DNA of 64,000 nucleotides, taken from an uncultured Candidatus Saccharibacteria bacterium (lineage in GTDB: Bacteria; Patescibacteriota; Minisyncoccia; Phycocordibacterales; UBA2100). Shown piece by piece: positions 27,958 through 37,524 of the stretch. How positions within the stretch are numbered: position 1 is the first letter of the stretch; each line of letters begins with the position of its first letter. The notes below the pieces were generated by a model, which ran no database searches, was not told the origin of the DNA, and saw only the letters and a program-made list of their open reading frames with translations. The DNA lies in contig CAZELA010000001.1 in NCBI GenBank assembly GCA_964512835.1, positions 297,372-361,371 of the forward strand. The letters run 5' to 3'. The translations under genes and the position numbers were made by a program.

Positions 27958-29502
27958 ATGCACAATCTCAAACGGGTTTTATTGGCTTTATTCGCTACGC
28001 TTCTCTTTGCTCCGGCATTGGCCTCTGCCGCAACCGCAAGCATACAGAATCTTTCAAGCGCTACGCCGCTCGCAAAAACGAGTGTTACGTTCAATATGTC
28101 GGTCTCAGGGTTCAGCTCGCCCTATTACACGATTGTCGACTCCTTTCCGAACTCCAGCATTAATTCCACCAATATGAATTTTGGCGGAAATTTCCAGTGG
28201 ACACCGAATGTTACCGATATTGGTACGCACACCCTTACGGTCACAACGAATGACAGTGACGGACACACGGTTGCCGTTACACAGCAGATAACGGTGCTCC
28301 CGCCGCCGTCAATCTCGATCCAAAATGTCTCGCCACAGAATTCCATCATGCCCGGTGCGGTCATGACGTTCACCGTCGCATCGCCGGGCTTCGTCAACCC
28401 CATATTTTCCCTGAGTGATTCTTTCGGAGGTTCTACCGTGTCAAATGCGTCCACGATGCAAAACGGTGCGTTCTCATGGACACCCGATACATCCCAAAAT
28501 GGCGAGCACGCAATCACGGTGTACGCGAGCGACTCGCAGGGTCACAGCGCGCAGGCTACTGTGCTGATGCGCGTAGGCTCCGGTCCGACGCTAACTGTGC
28601 CGTCAAACATAAATACAACCGTTGCTATCGGCCAATCAATTTCGTTTACCTTGAATCCGCTGAATTATTCACCGACCGGATTTACGGTATTCGACAAATT
28701 CTCGGGCACATCATCAATCACCAACAATGCGCTCACGACCAACGGTCTCTTCCAGTGGGTACCGACCGCGGTTGATGCCGGTCAGCACACGATCACATTC
28801 ACGGGACAGGTGGGTGCGTACGGACAGAGTGCGAGCACGAGCGTGGTTATCAATGTGCTCGGAGCGAACGGGCAACTCGTGACGCCGCCCACAACAACCT
28901 CCTCATCAGGCGCATCGGTGTCGAGTTTGCAGGCCCAGCTCGCGCTCTTGCAGGCGCAACTGAGCGGCGGTGCGCAATCCGCTCAGACTACGCGAACAAC
29001 GACCTCGGTCGGTAGCAGCTTCATCTTCACGCTTAATCTAAAACAGGGCTCAGAAAACGACGAAGTCACGGAACTTCAAAAGATTCTGAAGAAGCTCGGA
29101 TATCTCACCGTCGAGCCGAACGGATATTTCGGACCGTCGACTGTCGCCGCAGTAAAAAAGTTCCAGGCAGCCAAGGGTCTCACGCAGCTCGGCTCGGTAG
29201 GACCGGGAACGCGACTGGAGCTCAATTCGCTCACATCAGGTAGTCAGACTTCTGCGCCCGCTACTCCCGTAACCGGAAGCGGTTACGTATTTGATCACTT
29301 CATGGGACCTGGTGATGACGATTACACTGACGTGTACGAACTACAAAAGCGACTTGCATCGCTCGGGTTCCTTACCGCAACACCAAACGGCTTTTACGGA
29401 ACCGCTACCGAAGCAGCTGTCAAAAAATTCCAGACAAAACACGGACTCACTGCGACGGGATTTGTAGCCAAGGCAACGCGCGCCGCACTCAATTCGCAGT
29501 AA
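27958..29502 (+). CDS. secreted repeat protein: four Ig-like repeats plus two C-terminal peptidoglycan-binding (PG_binding_1-like) domains
   Basis: Signal peptide MHNLKRVLLALFATLLFAPALASA. Four about 90-aa repeats (FQWTPxVTDxGxHTxTV). Two LQKxLxxLGYLTxxPNGxFGxxTxxAVKKFQ modules. Confidence 0.65.
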   Translation: MHNLKRVLLALFATLLFAPALASAATASIQNLSSATPLAKTSVTFNMSVSGFSSPYYTIVDSFPNSSINSTNMNFGGNFQWTPNVTDIGTHTLTVTTNDSDGHTVAVTQQITVLPPPSISIQNVSPQNSIMPGAVMTFTVASPGFVNPIFSLSDSFGGSTVSNASTMQNGAFSWTPDTSQNGEHAITVYASDSQGHSAQATVLMRVGSGPTLTVPSNINTTVAIGQSISFTLNPLNYSPTGFTVFDKFSGTSSITNNALTTNGLFQWVPTAVDAGQHTITFTGQVGAYGQSASTSVVINVLGANGQLVTPPTTTSSSGASVSSLQAQLALLQAQLSGGAQSAQTTRTTTSVGSSFIFTLNLKQGSENDEVTELQKILKKLGYLTVEPNGYFGPSTVAAVKKFQAAKGLTQLGSVGPGTRLELNSLTSGSQTSAPATPVTGSGYVFDHFMGPGDDDYTDVYELQKRLASLGFLTATPNGFYGTATEAAVKKFQTKHGLTATGFVAKATRAALNSQ

Positions 29503-29507
29503 TACGT

Positions 29508-29690
29508 ATGGAGGACAAGGAGACGATAGAAGTCCTCACGAAGATGCTCACCGACCATTCGTTCAGTGATCGCGAGGAAGAAGCGATTAGGAACGCGATC
29601 GGTCTTATGGGTTGGACGAAACTGGTTGATGCATGGAAAGAGAATAAGAAAAAAGTACGCGATCGAAAATTGTCGGACCTCGATCTGTAA
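29508..29690 (+). CDS. small hypothetical protein
   Basis: 60-aa ORF directly after the upstream stop. Confidence 0.3.
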   Translation: MEDKETIEVLTKMLTDHSFSDREEEAIRNAIGLMGWTKLVDAWKENKKKVRDRKLSDLDL

Positions 29691-29749
29691 GTGGCATTCG
29701 GTCTTTTTTCGCTGTACTCTTGCAGAGGACTCAAACCGAGGGGAGCACA

Positions 29750-29926
29750 ATGACTCAGATCGCAGTCCAGGTTGAAGCGACAAAGGCCACGTTCACCGGT
29801 CGCTGCCAAAAGTGCGGCAGTGCCAATATGTGGAGCGAGGGCAACAAGTTCGGATGTGACTCCTGCGGTGCGCAGTACTGCACCGAAGATTCGCAGCCGA
29901 TCCATCGGCTTGCGCGCAGGGATTGA
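29750..29926 (+). CDS. small zinc-ribbon protein
   Basis: CQKCGS ... CDSCGAQYC. Start at MTQIAVQ. Confidence 0.35.
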   Translation: MTQIAVQVEATKATFTGRCQKCGSANMWSEGNKFGCDSCGAQYCTEDSQPIHRLARRD

Positions 29927-29942
29927 TCTCTGGTAAAGGCAA

Positions 29943-29976
29943 GAACCGGGCAGCGATGCCCGGTTCGTCTTTTTGG
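29943..29976 (+). terminator. rho-independent terminator
   Basis: GAACCGGGC-agcgat-GCCCGGTTC then GTCTTTTTGG. Confidence 0.75.
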
Positions 29977-30053
29977 TTGTGAGACAATACCGTCGATATC
30001 GATGAGCATACTGCTCGATATGTGTATCAAACCTGATTTATAATGCAGGCATC

Positions 30054-30716
30054 ATGCTGAGGCTGTTTATCCGGTCGCTACCGGGAAATATCGTTCGTAG
30101 TTTCGCGGGGCGAAAGCTGTTCTTTCTTCTTTCGGCGATCGCGGCAACATATGCGATCGTTCAAACAGGGACTGACTGGAACTATTTACTGTGGGTGCGG
30201 GATCCGCACCTTAACAAGATGTTTTTCCCTGCGGTTATCATCGGCGCGTTCGTGCCCGTATCAGTGCCGCTTTTTCTTGTAGTTTCCGGCCGAATATTCA
30301 ATTCACTGCGAACGAGTCTCGTGGGATGGGCACTCGGACAGGCGGCGCTCATCGGATCCATCGTCTCGTCGTTCCTGAAGGCTCTAACCGGCAGATTGCA
30401 ACCTGACCTGACCAATCTTTTGGTCGATTCCAGTCACGGATTCCAGTTCGGATTCCTGAATCACGGCATATTTTGGGGTTGGCCCTCGTCGCACACCACT
30501 ATCGCATTCGCAATGGGCATCACGCTTATCTATCTGTATCCGCGTCATCGGCACGTAGCGTTTTACGGACTCATCTACGCATTTTATGTGGGTATAGGCG
30601 TGTCGCTTTCCATCCATTGGCTGTCCGAGTTCATTGCGGGGGCGCTTATCGGAACCGCAATCGGTATGACGGTCGGCCCGTTCTTCCGTGACCACATGAA
30701 AAAGCTCGCAAGATGA
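30054..30716 (+). CDS. PAP2 family phosphatase
   Basis: KALTGRLQP (KxxxxxxRP), PSSH (PSGH), SIHWLSE (SRxxxxxHxxxD-like) motifs. Confidence 0.7.
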   Translation: MLRLFIRSLPGNIVRSFAGRKLFFLLSAIAATYAIVQTGTDWNYLLWVRDPHLNKMFFPAVIIGAFVPVSVPLFLVVSGRIFNSLRTSLVGWALGQAALIGSIVSSFLKALTGRLQPDLTNLLVDSSHGFQFGFLNHGIFWGWPSSHTTIAFAMGITLIYLYPRHRHVAFYGLIYAFYVGIGVSLSIHWLSEFIAGALIGTAIGMTVGPFFRDHMKKLAR

Positions 30717-31441
30717 TACACTCTCCGCATATGTCAGAGACACCGCATTACGAGCCCCACAAAGACGACTCGCTTTCACATCAAAATTGGCTGCGCGCGG
30801 CCGTGTTGGGTGCGAATGACGGTATCGTATCGGTCGCAGCGCTCGTCGTGGGTGTCGCCGGTGCAACAACTGTTACGCACGATATCTTTATCGCCGGGAT
30901 CGCCGGTCTTTTGGCGGGTGCGCTCTCAATGGCGGTCGGCGAGTATGTATCAGTAAGCAGTCAACGTGATACTGAAAAAGCGCTCCTCGCGAAAGAGCGC
31001 TATGAATTGGAGCACTTTCCGGCGGAGGAGCTCGAAGAGCTCACGAAGATATACGAGGGCAAGGGCCTCGGTCGCAAAACGGCCGAGATTGTTGCACGCG
31101 AGCTGACGGAACATGACGCGTTCGGCGCTCATGTAGAAGCAGAGTTGCATATCGATCCGAATGAATTGACGAGCGCATGGCAGGCTGCTTTTGCGTCCGC
31201 TGCATCATTTACGGTCGGTGCGATTATTCCGCTTGGAGCGATACTGCTGCCTCCGGAACAGTACCGGGTCGCGGTCACGTTTCTCTCGGTCTTATTTGCA
31301 TTGACCTTGACCGGTATTCTGAGTGCGCGGGCGAGCAACGCGAACCCGTTCGTTGTGGTACCCCGTATGATCGCCGGCGGAGGCTTTGCGATGATCGTTA
31401 CGTTCGTGATCGGTAATCTATTCGAGGTTCCGGTAGCGTAG
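30713..31441 (+). CDS. VIT1/CCC1 family iron/manganese transporter
   Basis: LRAAVLGANDGIVSVAALVVGVAGA hallmark. ATGA overlap with the upstream gene. Confidence 0.8.
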   Translation: MIHSPHMSETPHYEPHKDDSLSHQNWLRAAVLGANDGIVSVAALVVGVAGATTVTHDIFIAGIAGLLAGALSMAVGEYVSVSSQRDTEKALLAKERYELEHFPAEELEELTKIYEGKGLGRKTAEIVARELTEHDAFGAHVEAELHIDPNELTSAWQAAFASAASFTVGAIIPLGAILLPPEQYRVAVTFLSVLFALTLTGILSARASNANPFVVVPRMIAGGGFAMIVTFVIGNLFEVPVA

Positions 31442-31518
31442 TAGTTGTACCCGGACGCTCATATACGGTATAACAGTGCGGGCACACAGGTGCCGCAATA
31501 GGGAAAGGGAGATCACTC

Positions 31519-32547
31519 ATGCGCAATTCAGTGCGCTTTTTGTTTGCGTTGATCGCGTCAGCTTATCTCTGCGGAAACACTTCCGCAGCCGTGCCGTCCG
31601 GTTGTACGACCGATACGAAGGACCAAGAAGCTGCGATTGCGGTGTGTACGACGGCGATCGACTCAGTGAAGTCGTCGAAGGACGACGTGGTTGCAGCGCT
31701 CAAGATTCGCGCCGAATTGCACGTGTACATCGGCAACAAGGACGATGCGCAAGCGGATCTGACGCGAGCGCTCGACTACCGGCCGAACGATTCGTCGATC
31801 TACGCGGCGCGAGCGGCTGCACGCGAGGACTACGACGGCGAGAGTGCGATCGCAGACATGGGCAAGGCGATCGGACTCCATCCGAAGAAAGCCTCGTACT
31901 ACGTACAGCGGGCCAAGCTGCGTCTCAATCAGTCGCAGGGTTATCGTGCGGAAACCGACTTTTCGGATGCCATCAAACTGGAACCGAAGAACCCGGATCT
32001 CTACGAGGAGCGGCTGAACTTCTACACCGAGCAGCACGAGTTCGTGAAGGCGCTTGCAGATGTTACGAAAATGATCGAGCTCGGCAAGACTCAGCGCTGG
32101 CTCACTCGCGCTCAGATCTACATTCAACTCGGGCGGTATTCCGAGGCGATGTCCGATCTCGATAAAGTTGTGACCGACAAAGAATTCGATCCGGACAAGT
32201 CGTCGATCACTGCTGTGCTCGCATACGGTATGCGCGGCTACTGCAACATCACGCTCAATCAGATCGACAAGGCGGTCGCCGACTACTCGAAAGCGATCAC
32301 CGCCTTCGATCATCCGGCGCTCCGCATGTTGCGGGGCAATGCGTTCGTGCAGATGAAACAGTACGAGCTCGCGATCCAGGATTACACGGCGCTCTTGAAG
32401 GACAAGCCGGATAATGTCGACGCCTACCACCTGCGAGCGACCGCCTACGAACTCAACGGCCAATCGAAGCTCGCGCTGTCGGATCGCACTGAAGCGGCGC
32501 TGTACGCGTCAGGCCTCAAGCAGCCGAAGAAAGTCTTCGACCAATGA
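31519..32547 (+). CDS. secreted tetratricopeptide repeat protein
   Basis: Signal peptide then multiple 34-aa TPR-like repeats. Confidence 0.7.
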   Translation: MRNSVRFLFALIASAYLCGNTSAAVPSGCTTDTKDQEAAIAVCTTAIDSVKSSKDDVVAALKIRAELHVYIGNKDDAQADLTRALDYRPNDSSIYAARAAAREDYDGESAIADMGKAIGLHPKKASYYVQRAKLRLNQSQGYRAETDFSDAIKLEPKNPDLYEERLNFYTEQHEFVKALADVTKMIELGKTQRWLTRAQIYIQLGRYSEAMSDLDKVVTDKEFDPDKSSITAVLAYGMRGYCNITLNQIDKAVADYSKAITAFDHPALRMLRGNAFVQMKQYELAIQDYTALLKDKPDNVDAYHLRATAYELNGQSKLALSDRTEAALYASGLKQPKKVFDQ

Positions 32548-32567
32548 ACCTTGGTGCAGGTGCACCG

Positions 32568-32607
32568 GAAACCCCGCGTTACAGCGGGGTTCTCTTCATT
32601 TTTATTT
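32568..32607 (+). terminator. rho-independent terminator
   Basis: GAAACCCCGC-gttaca-GCGGGGTTC then TCTTCATTTTTATTT. Confidence 0.75.
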
Positions 32608-32630
32608 CAAAAGTCACGTATACTTTCCGT

Positions 32631-33245
32631 ATGGAGACTTTCAAGGTTTTGGTTTTGAATGCGTCGCTCAAGCACGGTGATGCTGCTTCAAATACCGAGG
32701 ATGTTGCGCTGATGGTAATCGAATCAATGAGGGGGCACGCCACCATCGACCATGAGATCGTGCGACTGGCGGACAAGCGGATACCGGTCGGTCTTGGTTT
32801 CAAAGAAGGCGACGACGACGAATGGCCATCGATCGCAGAGAAAATCGGCAATGCCGACATCGTGATCTTTGCTACACCCATATGGTGGGGCGGTCGTTCG
32901 AGTCTCATGCAGTGTGTAATCGAGCGCATGGATGCGTTTGATGAGGAGGCGCACGCGGGTGGGCGTAGTGCACTATTAAACAAGGTTGCCGGAGTCGTTA
33001 TAACCGGAAGTGAGGACGGTGCTCAGGCGACTCTCGCCGGGATCCTGTCCACGCTTACGTTTTTGAACTTCACCATTCCGCCGCAGGCGTGCACGTATTG
33101 GGTCGGAGAGGTGGGTATGGATCCAAAGACCGACGCAGAGCGCAGGCGCGCAAATCCTGCTGTTCTCGCTATGGCGCAGGCGACCGCTCGTAATCTTGTC
33201 GCGGTAGCCAGAATCCTCAAAACCTCACCGCTGTCAGCGTCGTAA
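32631..33245 (+). CDS. flavodoxin-like fold NAD(P)H-dependent FMN reductase family protein
   Basis: FKVLVLNASLKHGDAASNT ... IVIFATPIWWGG pattern. Confidence 0.6.
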   Translation: METFKVLVLNASLKHGDAASNTEDVALMVIESMRGHATIDHEIVRLADKRIPVGLGFKEGDDDEWPSIAEKIGNADIVIFATPIWWGGRSSLMQCVIERMDAFDEEAHAGGRSALLNKVAGVVITGSEDGAQATLAGILSTLTFLNFTIPPQACTYWVGEVGMDPKTDAERRRANPAVLAMAQATARNLVAVARILKTSPLSAS

Positions 33246-33276
33246 TCGACGAGTTTCCGGTACGTCATAGCACCAT

Positions 33277-33849
33277 ATGGCGAAGCTATATCCGGTGCTC
33301 ATCATAGGAGGAATACTTATCATTGCAGGCTGGCTTGTCTGGGGCAGTGTACATCCTGACGCGCGCCCTGCGCTTGGTAGCGCCACCACTACAGGAGTCA
33401 CACATACTGAAGCGATTTCAGCGGGTGGGGAGGCTGTTACACATGAGTGTAATGCGGACGGTAGACAGTGTGCTGACGGTAGTGTCGTCGGCAGGACAGG
33501 ACCACTGTGCGAGTTTGCAGCGTGCCCTAAGACGGGCGCGCAGAGTGGAACGATACGTACCTACATCGGTGGCGCGCAGAGCGCCCTCAATGTGACCATA
33601 ACTCCGCGGCAGGTTGTCGACGACAGTCGTTGTCCTACCGATGTGCAGTGCATCTGGGCGGGAACCGCTCACGTAAGGGCCAGTATCAACACATCCGCCG
33701 AGATGCGGGATGAAACATTCGAACTCGGCAAGCCGCTTCGTCTCGGCGCGTACACGATTACGCTCTCCGAGCTGACTCCTGCCAAGTCGGCAGGGGACGA
33801 AATACCCGCTTCATCGTATAGATTCGTATTCACGGTCAGTCGTTCCTAG
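33277..33849 (+). CDS. membrane-anchored Cys-rich hypothetical protein
   Basis: TM anchor then several paired cysteines. Confidence 0.4.
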   Translation: MAKLYPVLIIGGILIIAGWLVWGSVHPDARPALGSATTTGVTHTEAISAGGEAVTHECNADGRQCADGSVVGRTGPLCEFAACPKTGAQSGTIRTYIGGAQSALNVTITPRQVVDDSRCPTDVQCIWAGTAHVRASINTSAEMRDETFELGKPLRLGAYTITLSELTPAKSAGDEIPASSYRFVFTVSRS

Positions 33850-33865
33850 TGTTTGGTACAGTGTC

Positions 33866-34228
33866 GTGATGGCATTATTCGAGGAACGACCGAACCCGTT
33901 TCAGCGAAAAAAAGAGACATTCAGCGAGCGGGTCGTGAAGCTTGCGCTTGCAATCCCTGAGGGAAAGGTGACGACGTATGCAATTATTGCGCGTAAGGCC
34001 GGCGGCCAGGCGCCGATGCTTGCGCGAGCCGTTACCGGGATACTGGCCAAGGCATGGGACAAGGGAGAAAAGAACATCCCATTCCATCGAATCGTGTACA
34101 GCGACGGTAAGATCTGGACGTCGCCTGAATATCACAAAAAAAGATTGTCGCTCTATAAAAAGGAGGGGCTGAAAGTTGACGCAAAGAACCGCATCGTCGA
34201 TTTTATTGACCATCTGTATGAATTTTAA
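33866..34228 (+). CDS. alkyltransferase-like (MGMT DNA-binding domain) protein lacking the active-site Cys
   Basis: PFHRIV in place of the MGMT PCHRV active-site motif, within an MGMT-like HTH domain. Confidence 0.65.
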   Translation: MMALFEERPNPFQRKKETFSERVVKLALAIPEGKVTTYAIIARKAGGQAPMLARAVTGILAKAWDKGEKNIPFHRIVYSDGKIWTSPEYHKKRLSLYKKEGLKVDAKNRIVDFIDHLYEF

Positions 34229-34250
34229 AACGCGTACATATAATGAATCT

Positions 34251-34667
34251 ATGAACAACGAAACGTTTACGACAACCGTCAGTATTAATGCGTCGCTCGA
34301 ACTGGTCTGGTCATATTTCACGGACATAAAACACATCGGTGAGTGGGCAAACGGCTCACCGGATTGGGAAACGACCGCCATAAAGAATGATCTGCAGCCG
34401 GGTGGGGAGTTCCTTTCGAGAATGGCAGCAAAGGACGGCTCGCAAAGCTTCGATTTCGGCGGCGTATACGACGAAGTCATACCTCACTCGAAAATTGCAT
34501 ACACTATGGGTGACGGTCGCACGGCAATGACGACATTTACAAAAGACGGGGACTCGACCCGAGTCGATCAGGTAGTCGACGCCGAAAAAGAAAATCCTGT
34601 CGAATTTCAAAAGGCCGGATGGCAGAGCATGCTCGACAATCTCAAGGCGTGTATCGAGCGAATCTGA
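34251..34667 (+). CDS. SRPBCC (AHSA1-like) domain protein
   Basis: Pattern like the gene at 17385 (LVWSYFTDIKHIGEWA). Confidence 0.65.
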   Translation: MNNETFTTTVSINASLELVWSYFTDIKHIGEWANGSPDWETTAIKNDLQPGGEFLSRMAAKDGSQSFDFGGVYDEVIPHSKIAYTMGDGRTAMTTFTKDGDSTRVDQVVDAEKENPVEFQKAGWQSMLDNLKACIERI

Positions 34668-34672
34668 AGACT

Positions 34673-34783
34673 ATGACCGTGACACCAACAACGTGCAGCC
34701 GCGGCCACACATTTCGTAAGTCAAAAGACGTGCCCACGTGCCCGGTTTGTTGGCCGGGGCGGTATAAAAACACGAAAAAGTAG
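34673..34783 (+). CDS. 36-aa zinc-ribbon peptide, speculative
   Basis: MTVTPTTCSRGHTFRKSKDVPTCPVCWPGRYKNTKK (CxxxH ... CPVC). Below the track cutoff. Confidence 0.3.
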   Translation: MTVTPTTCSRGHTFRKSKDVPTCPVCWPGRYKNTKK

Positions 34784-34856
34784 AGCGTTGACACATGTAC
34801 TGAGGTAACGCATAGTTTCGATCGGAACTGCTCGCTGACACTACATAGGGTGCCTT

Positions 34857-35747
34857 ATGAACATAGACAAACGTCAGCTTCGGATGACGATTCTGAAGAG
34901 CTGGGGCTTTACGCTCATGGGCTTCTTCAACATCTTTGTCCTGTTGCTGATCGCCTCACTGCTTGCGCTGCGCTTCGGCGGCCCGGTCGCGATCTTCGCG
35001 ATTCTGACCCCCGCACTCGCGATGATGTGCCTCTTCTTTCTCCTCGGAGAAGTGGTGGTGAACCTCATCTTCGATGCGCAGACGCCGCATCCCGAACACG
35101 ACGCACGGTTTCTCGCGTCGATGAAGCGTGTGAAGAAAAAGACCGGCATGTGGGTTATGCCGCGTGCATGGATTATCCCGATGGACCAGCCGAATGCGAT
35201 GGCATACGGGCCCGGAATTCCCGGCATGTGTGCCGTCGGCATTTCAAGGAAGCTCGTCGACATGCTGAATGACGACGAGCTCGACGGCGTTCTCGGACAC
35301 GAATTCGTCCACATTCTGTGCCGCGATACCGGCCTGCTTGCGATCATCAGTCTTGCGCTCGGTCTCATCGACAAACTGCGCGGACTGCTGAGCAACAAGA
35401 ACGCGATGATCACACAGTCTCCGATCACGCTCGTGATCGGCTGGATCATCTACTTCGCCGGCAAGTTGGCGTTTGCCGTGTCGCGGTTCTCGATTTCGCA
35501 GGAACGCGAGATCGCGGCGGACGCGTTGAGTGCGTACTACAACGACGACGCGAAACCCATGATTTCCGCACTGCGGAAACTCAACGTGTGGGTTCTGAGG
35601 AACAGGAAGGAAGACGGCGAGAAGCCGTTCTTCCAGGACCTCATGGTTGCCCATCCCGGAATGGACGAGCGGATCGCTTCACTCGAAGCGCTCATTCATC
35701 ACGAGACGTTACTGATCACTAACCAGGCAGAGGAGGAGCACGCGTGA
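34857..35747 (+). CDS. htpX: M48 family zinc metalloprotease
   Basis: HEFVH zinc motif, NAMAYGPG motif, four TM segments. Confidence 0.8.
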   Translation: MNIDKRQLRMTILKSWGFTLMGFFNIFVLLLIASLLALRFGGPVAIFAILTPALAMMCLFFLLGEVVVNLIFDAQTPHPEHDARFLASMKRVKKKTGMWVMPRAWIIPMDQPNAMAYGPGIPGMCAVGISRKLVDMLNDDELDGVLGHEFVHILCRDTGLLAIISLALGLIDKLRGLLSNKNAMITQSPITLVIGWIIYFAGKLAFAVSRFSISQEREIAADALSAYYNDDAKPMISALRKLNVWVLRNRKEDGEKPFFQDLMVAHPGMDERIASLEALIHHETLLITNQAEEEHA

Positions 35748-37396
35748 ATCAGATACCCAGAAATATCCGCGCAACCGGAAACGGCGGCGGGGGAAAAGCG
35801 GCTGTGCCGGACGAACGTCCGCACGGCACAGGCGGATTCTGGTGGAAGTTCAACGTGATCGTGCTTGCGATCACGTTCGGGTTCTTCTACTGGATCTTTC
35901 CGCACCTCACGCAGAATGTCGTGTTCGACATGATTCTGCGCAACGGCTGGTATTTCATTCCCGGCTTCTTTCTTGCACTTGCGGCGCTCCGGTTCGGAAC
36001 CCGTAACCGCGAAGATCTGATGTCGGGTGAGCTCGGCAAACACCGGCGACCGATTTCGGTGCTGGTTACAGCCGGTACCGCATTTGTGTTGTGGTGCGCG
36101 TTCGTGTGGACCTCGACCGACTACCTGATCTACAAAACGTACGGGTCGTCGTTTACGGCACGCGCCGGGCTCATCCCGTCGTCGCCGGAGTTCACGCGCT
36201 TCACCCCCAAGGCGAACGCCTGCAACGATATCGGTAACTCGATCTCGACCAGCGGCGAACATGTCGACTGCAGCTACGCTGCACCGATGGTGACGTCGAA
36301 AGGGTTCTCGTGGGTCGCGCCGATCGTGCCGCGCGGTCTGTGGAACACGCTGTTCGTGAACAACCCCGGCTTCCTCGTCCTCGACGATTCGGCCGGTTCG
36401 TACGCGAATCCCTCGAAGCGTCTCGTGCGCATCGACGACGAACAGAAAGTCGGACCGGGTATGGAATGGTTCGATAATCTACAGTACAAGCTCGCGCACA
36501 ACGACTTCTTCGCGAACTACGACACGCCGCACTACCTGCCGCTCGATGATTCGAAGCCCGACAAGCTCTCGCTCGTCGTGCCGAAGATCAAGTATTTTCT
36601 CTGGCGCCTGCCCTACTGGGGCGGCGTCGTGATCGTGCACTCCGACGGCAGACTCGAGGATCTCGACGCGGAAAAGGCGGTTGCGGATCCGCGGCTGAAG
36701 GGCAAGTGGATTTATCCGCTCGCGCTCAGCCGGCTCTACATCTCGATCCAGAACTACGGATTGGGATGGGGGCTGCTTACGCCGTTCGTCACGATTCAGG
36801 GCAACCTGGAAATCGAACAGCTCTCGAGCGGTAATCAGTTTCCGTTCCTCACGCAGGGCGCGGATAACAAGCCGTATCTCGTGACTGCGACGCGTGGTCA
36901 GGGAAGTGCTCGCGGACTCTACCGCATGTACTTCACCGATGCGTCTACCGGCGTGACCACGTTCCATCAGTTCGGCCAGCACGAAGTGGTCTACGGTGCG
37001 GGTGCGGCCAAAGCGCGGCTCACCAACATCCAGGGCTATCAGTGGCATCACGAGGGCGAAAAGGGTGGAACGGGAACGATCATCGCGATCGAACCCGTCT
37101 ACGTCGTCCGTCCGAACGATCCCACGCTGTACTGGAAGTTCACGATCACCAACGTGACCTATTCCGGTATTTCGGCGACGGCGGTTGCGAACTCCGCTCA
37201 GCCGGACGACATCAAGGTCTTTCCGCACAGGCAGGACTACGAGTCGTGGCTGAAGGGGAACAATGTTTCTCCGGCATCGGCTACCGCGGTTTCCGCCGCG
37301 GGCGCGTCTGTCCGCGACGAAGTCCTCTCGAAGATTGAAGGCATGACGCGCGAGCTCAACTCGCTCCGCGGTCTCGTGCAATCGCTCCCGAAGTAG
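35744..37396 (+). CDS. large membrane-anchored hypothetical protein (550 aa), translationally coupled to htpX
   Basis: GTG 35744 overlaps the htpX TGA. Three N-terminal TM helices, then about 400-aa domain with no recognised motifs. Confidence 0.5.
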   Translation: MNQIPRNIRATGNGGGGKAAVPDERPHGTGGFWWKFNVIVLAITFGFFYWIFPHLTQNVVFDMILRNGWYFIPGFFLALAALRFGTRNREDLMSGELGKHRRPISVLVTAGTAFVLWCAFVWTSTDYLIYKTYGSSFTARAGLIPSSPEFTRFTPKANACNDIGNSISTSGEHVDCSYAAPMVTSKGFSWVAPIVPRGLWNTLFVNNPGFLVLDDSAGSYANPSKRLVRIDDEQKVGPGMEWFDNLQYKLAHNDFFANYDTPHYLPLDDSKPDKLSLVVPKIKYFLWRLPYWGGVVIVHSDGRLEDLDAEKAVADPRLKGKWIYPLALSRLYISIQNYGLGWGLLTPFVTIQGNLEIEQLSSGNQFPFLTQGADNKPYLVTATRGQGSARGLYRMYFTDASTGVTTFHQFGQHEVVYGAGAAKARLTNIQGYQWHHEGEKGGTGTIIAIEPVYVVRPNDPTLYWKFTITNVTYSGISATAVANSAQPDDIKVFPHRQDYESWLKGNNVSPASATAVSAAGASVRDEVLSKIEGMTRELNSLRGLVQSLPK

Positions 37397-37524
37397 GATC
37401 AGTCCTCAAACAATAGTTCTCAAGAATCGACGCCGCGGCCCCGTGCCGCGGCGTTTTCTTTTTGGTTGACCGGACTGAGTAGTTGGAGCATATTCAAAAT
37501 AGGTTCAACAGGAGGAATTGTTCG

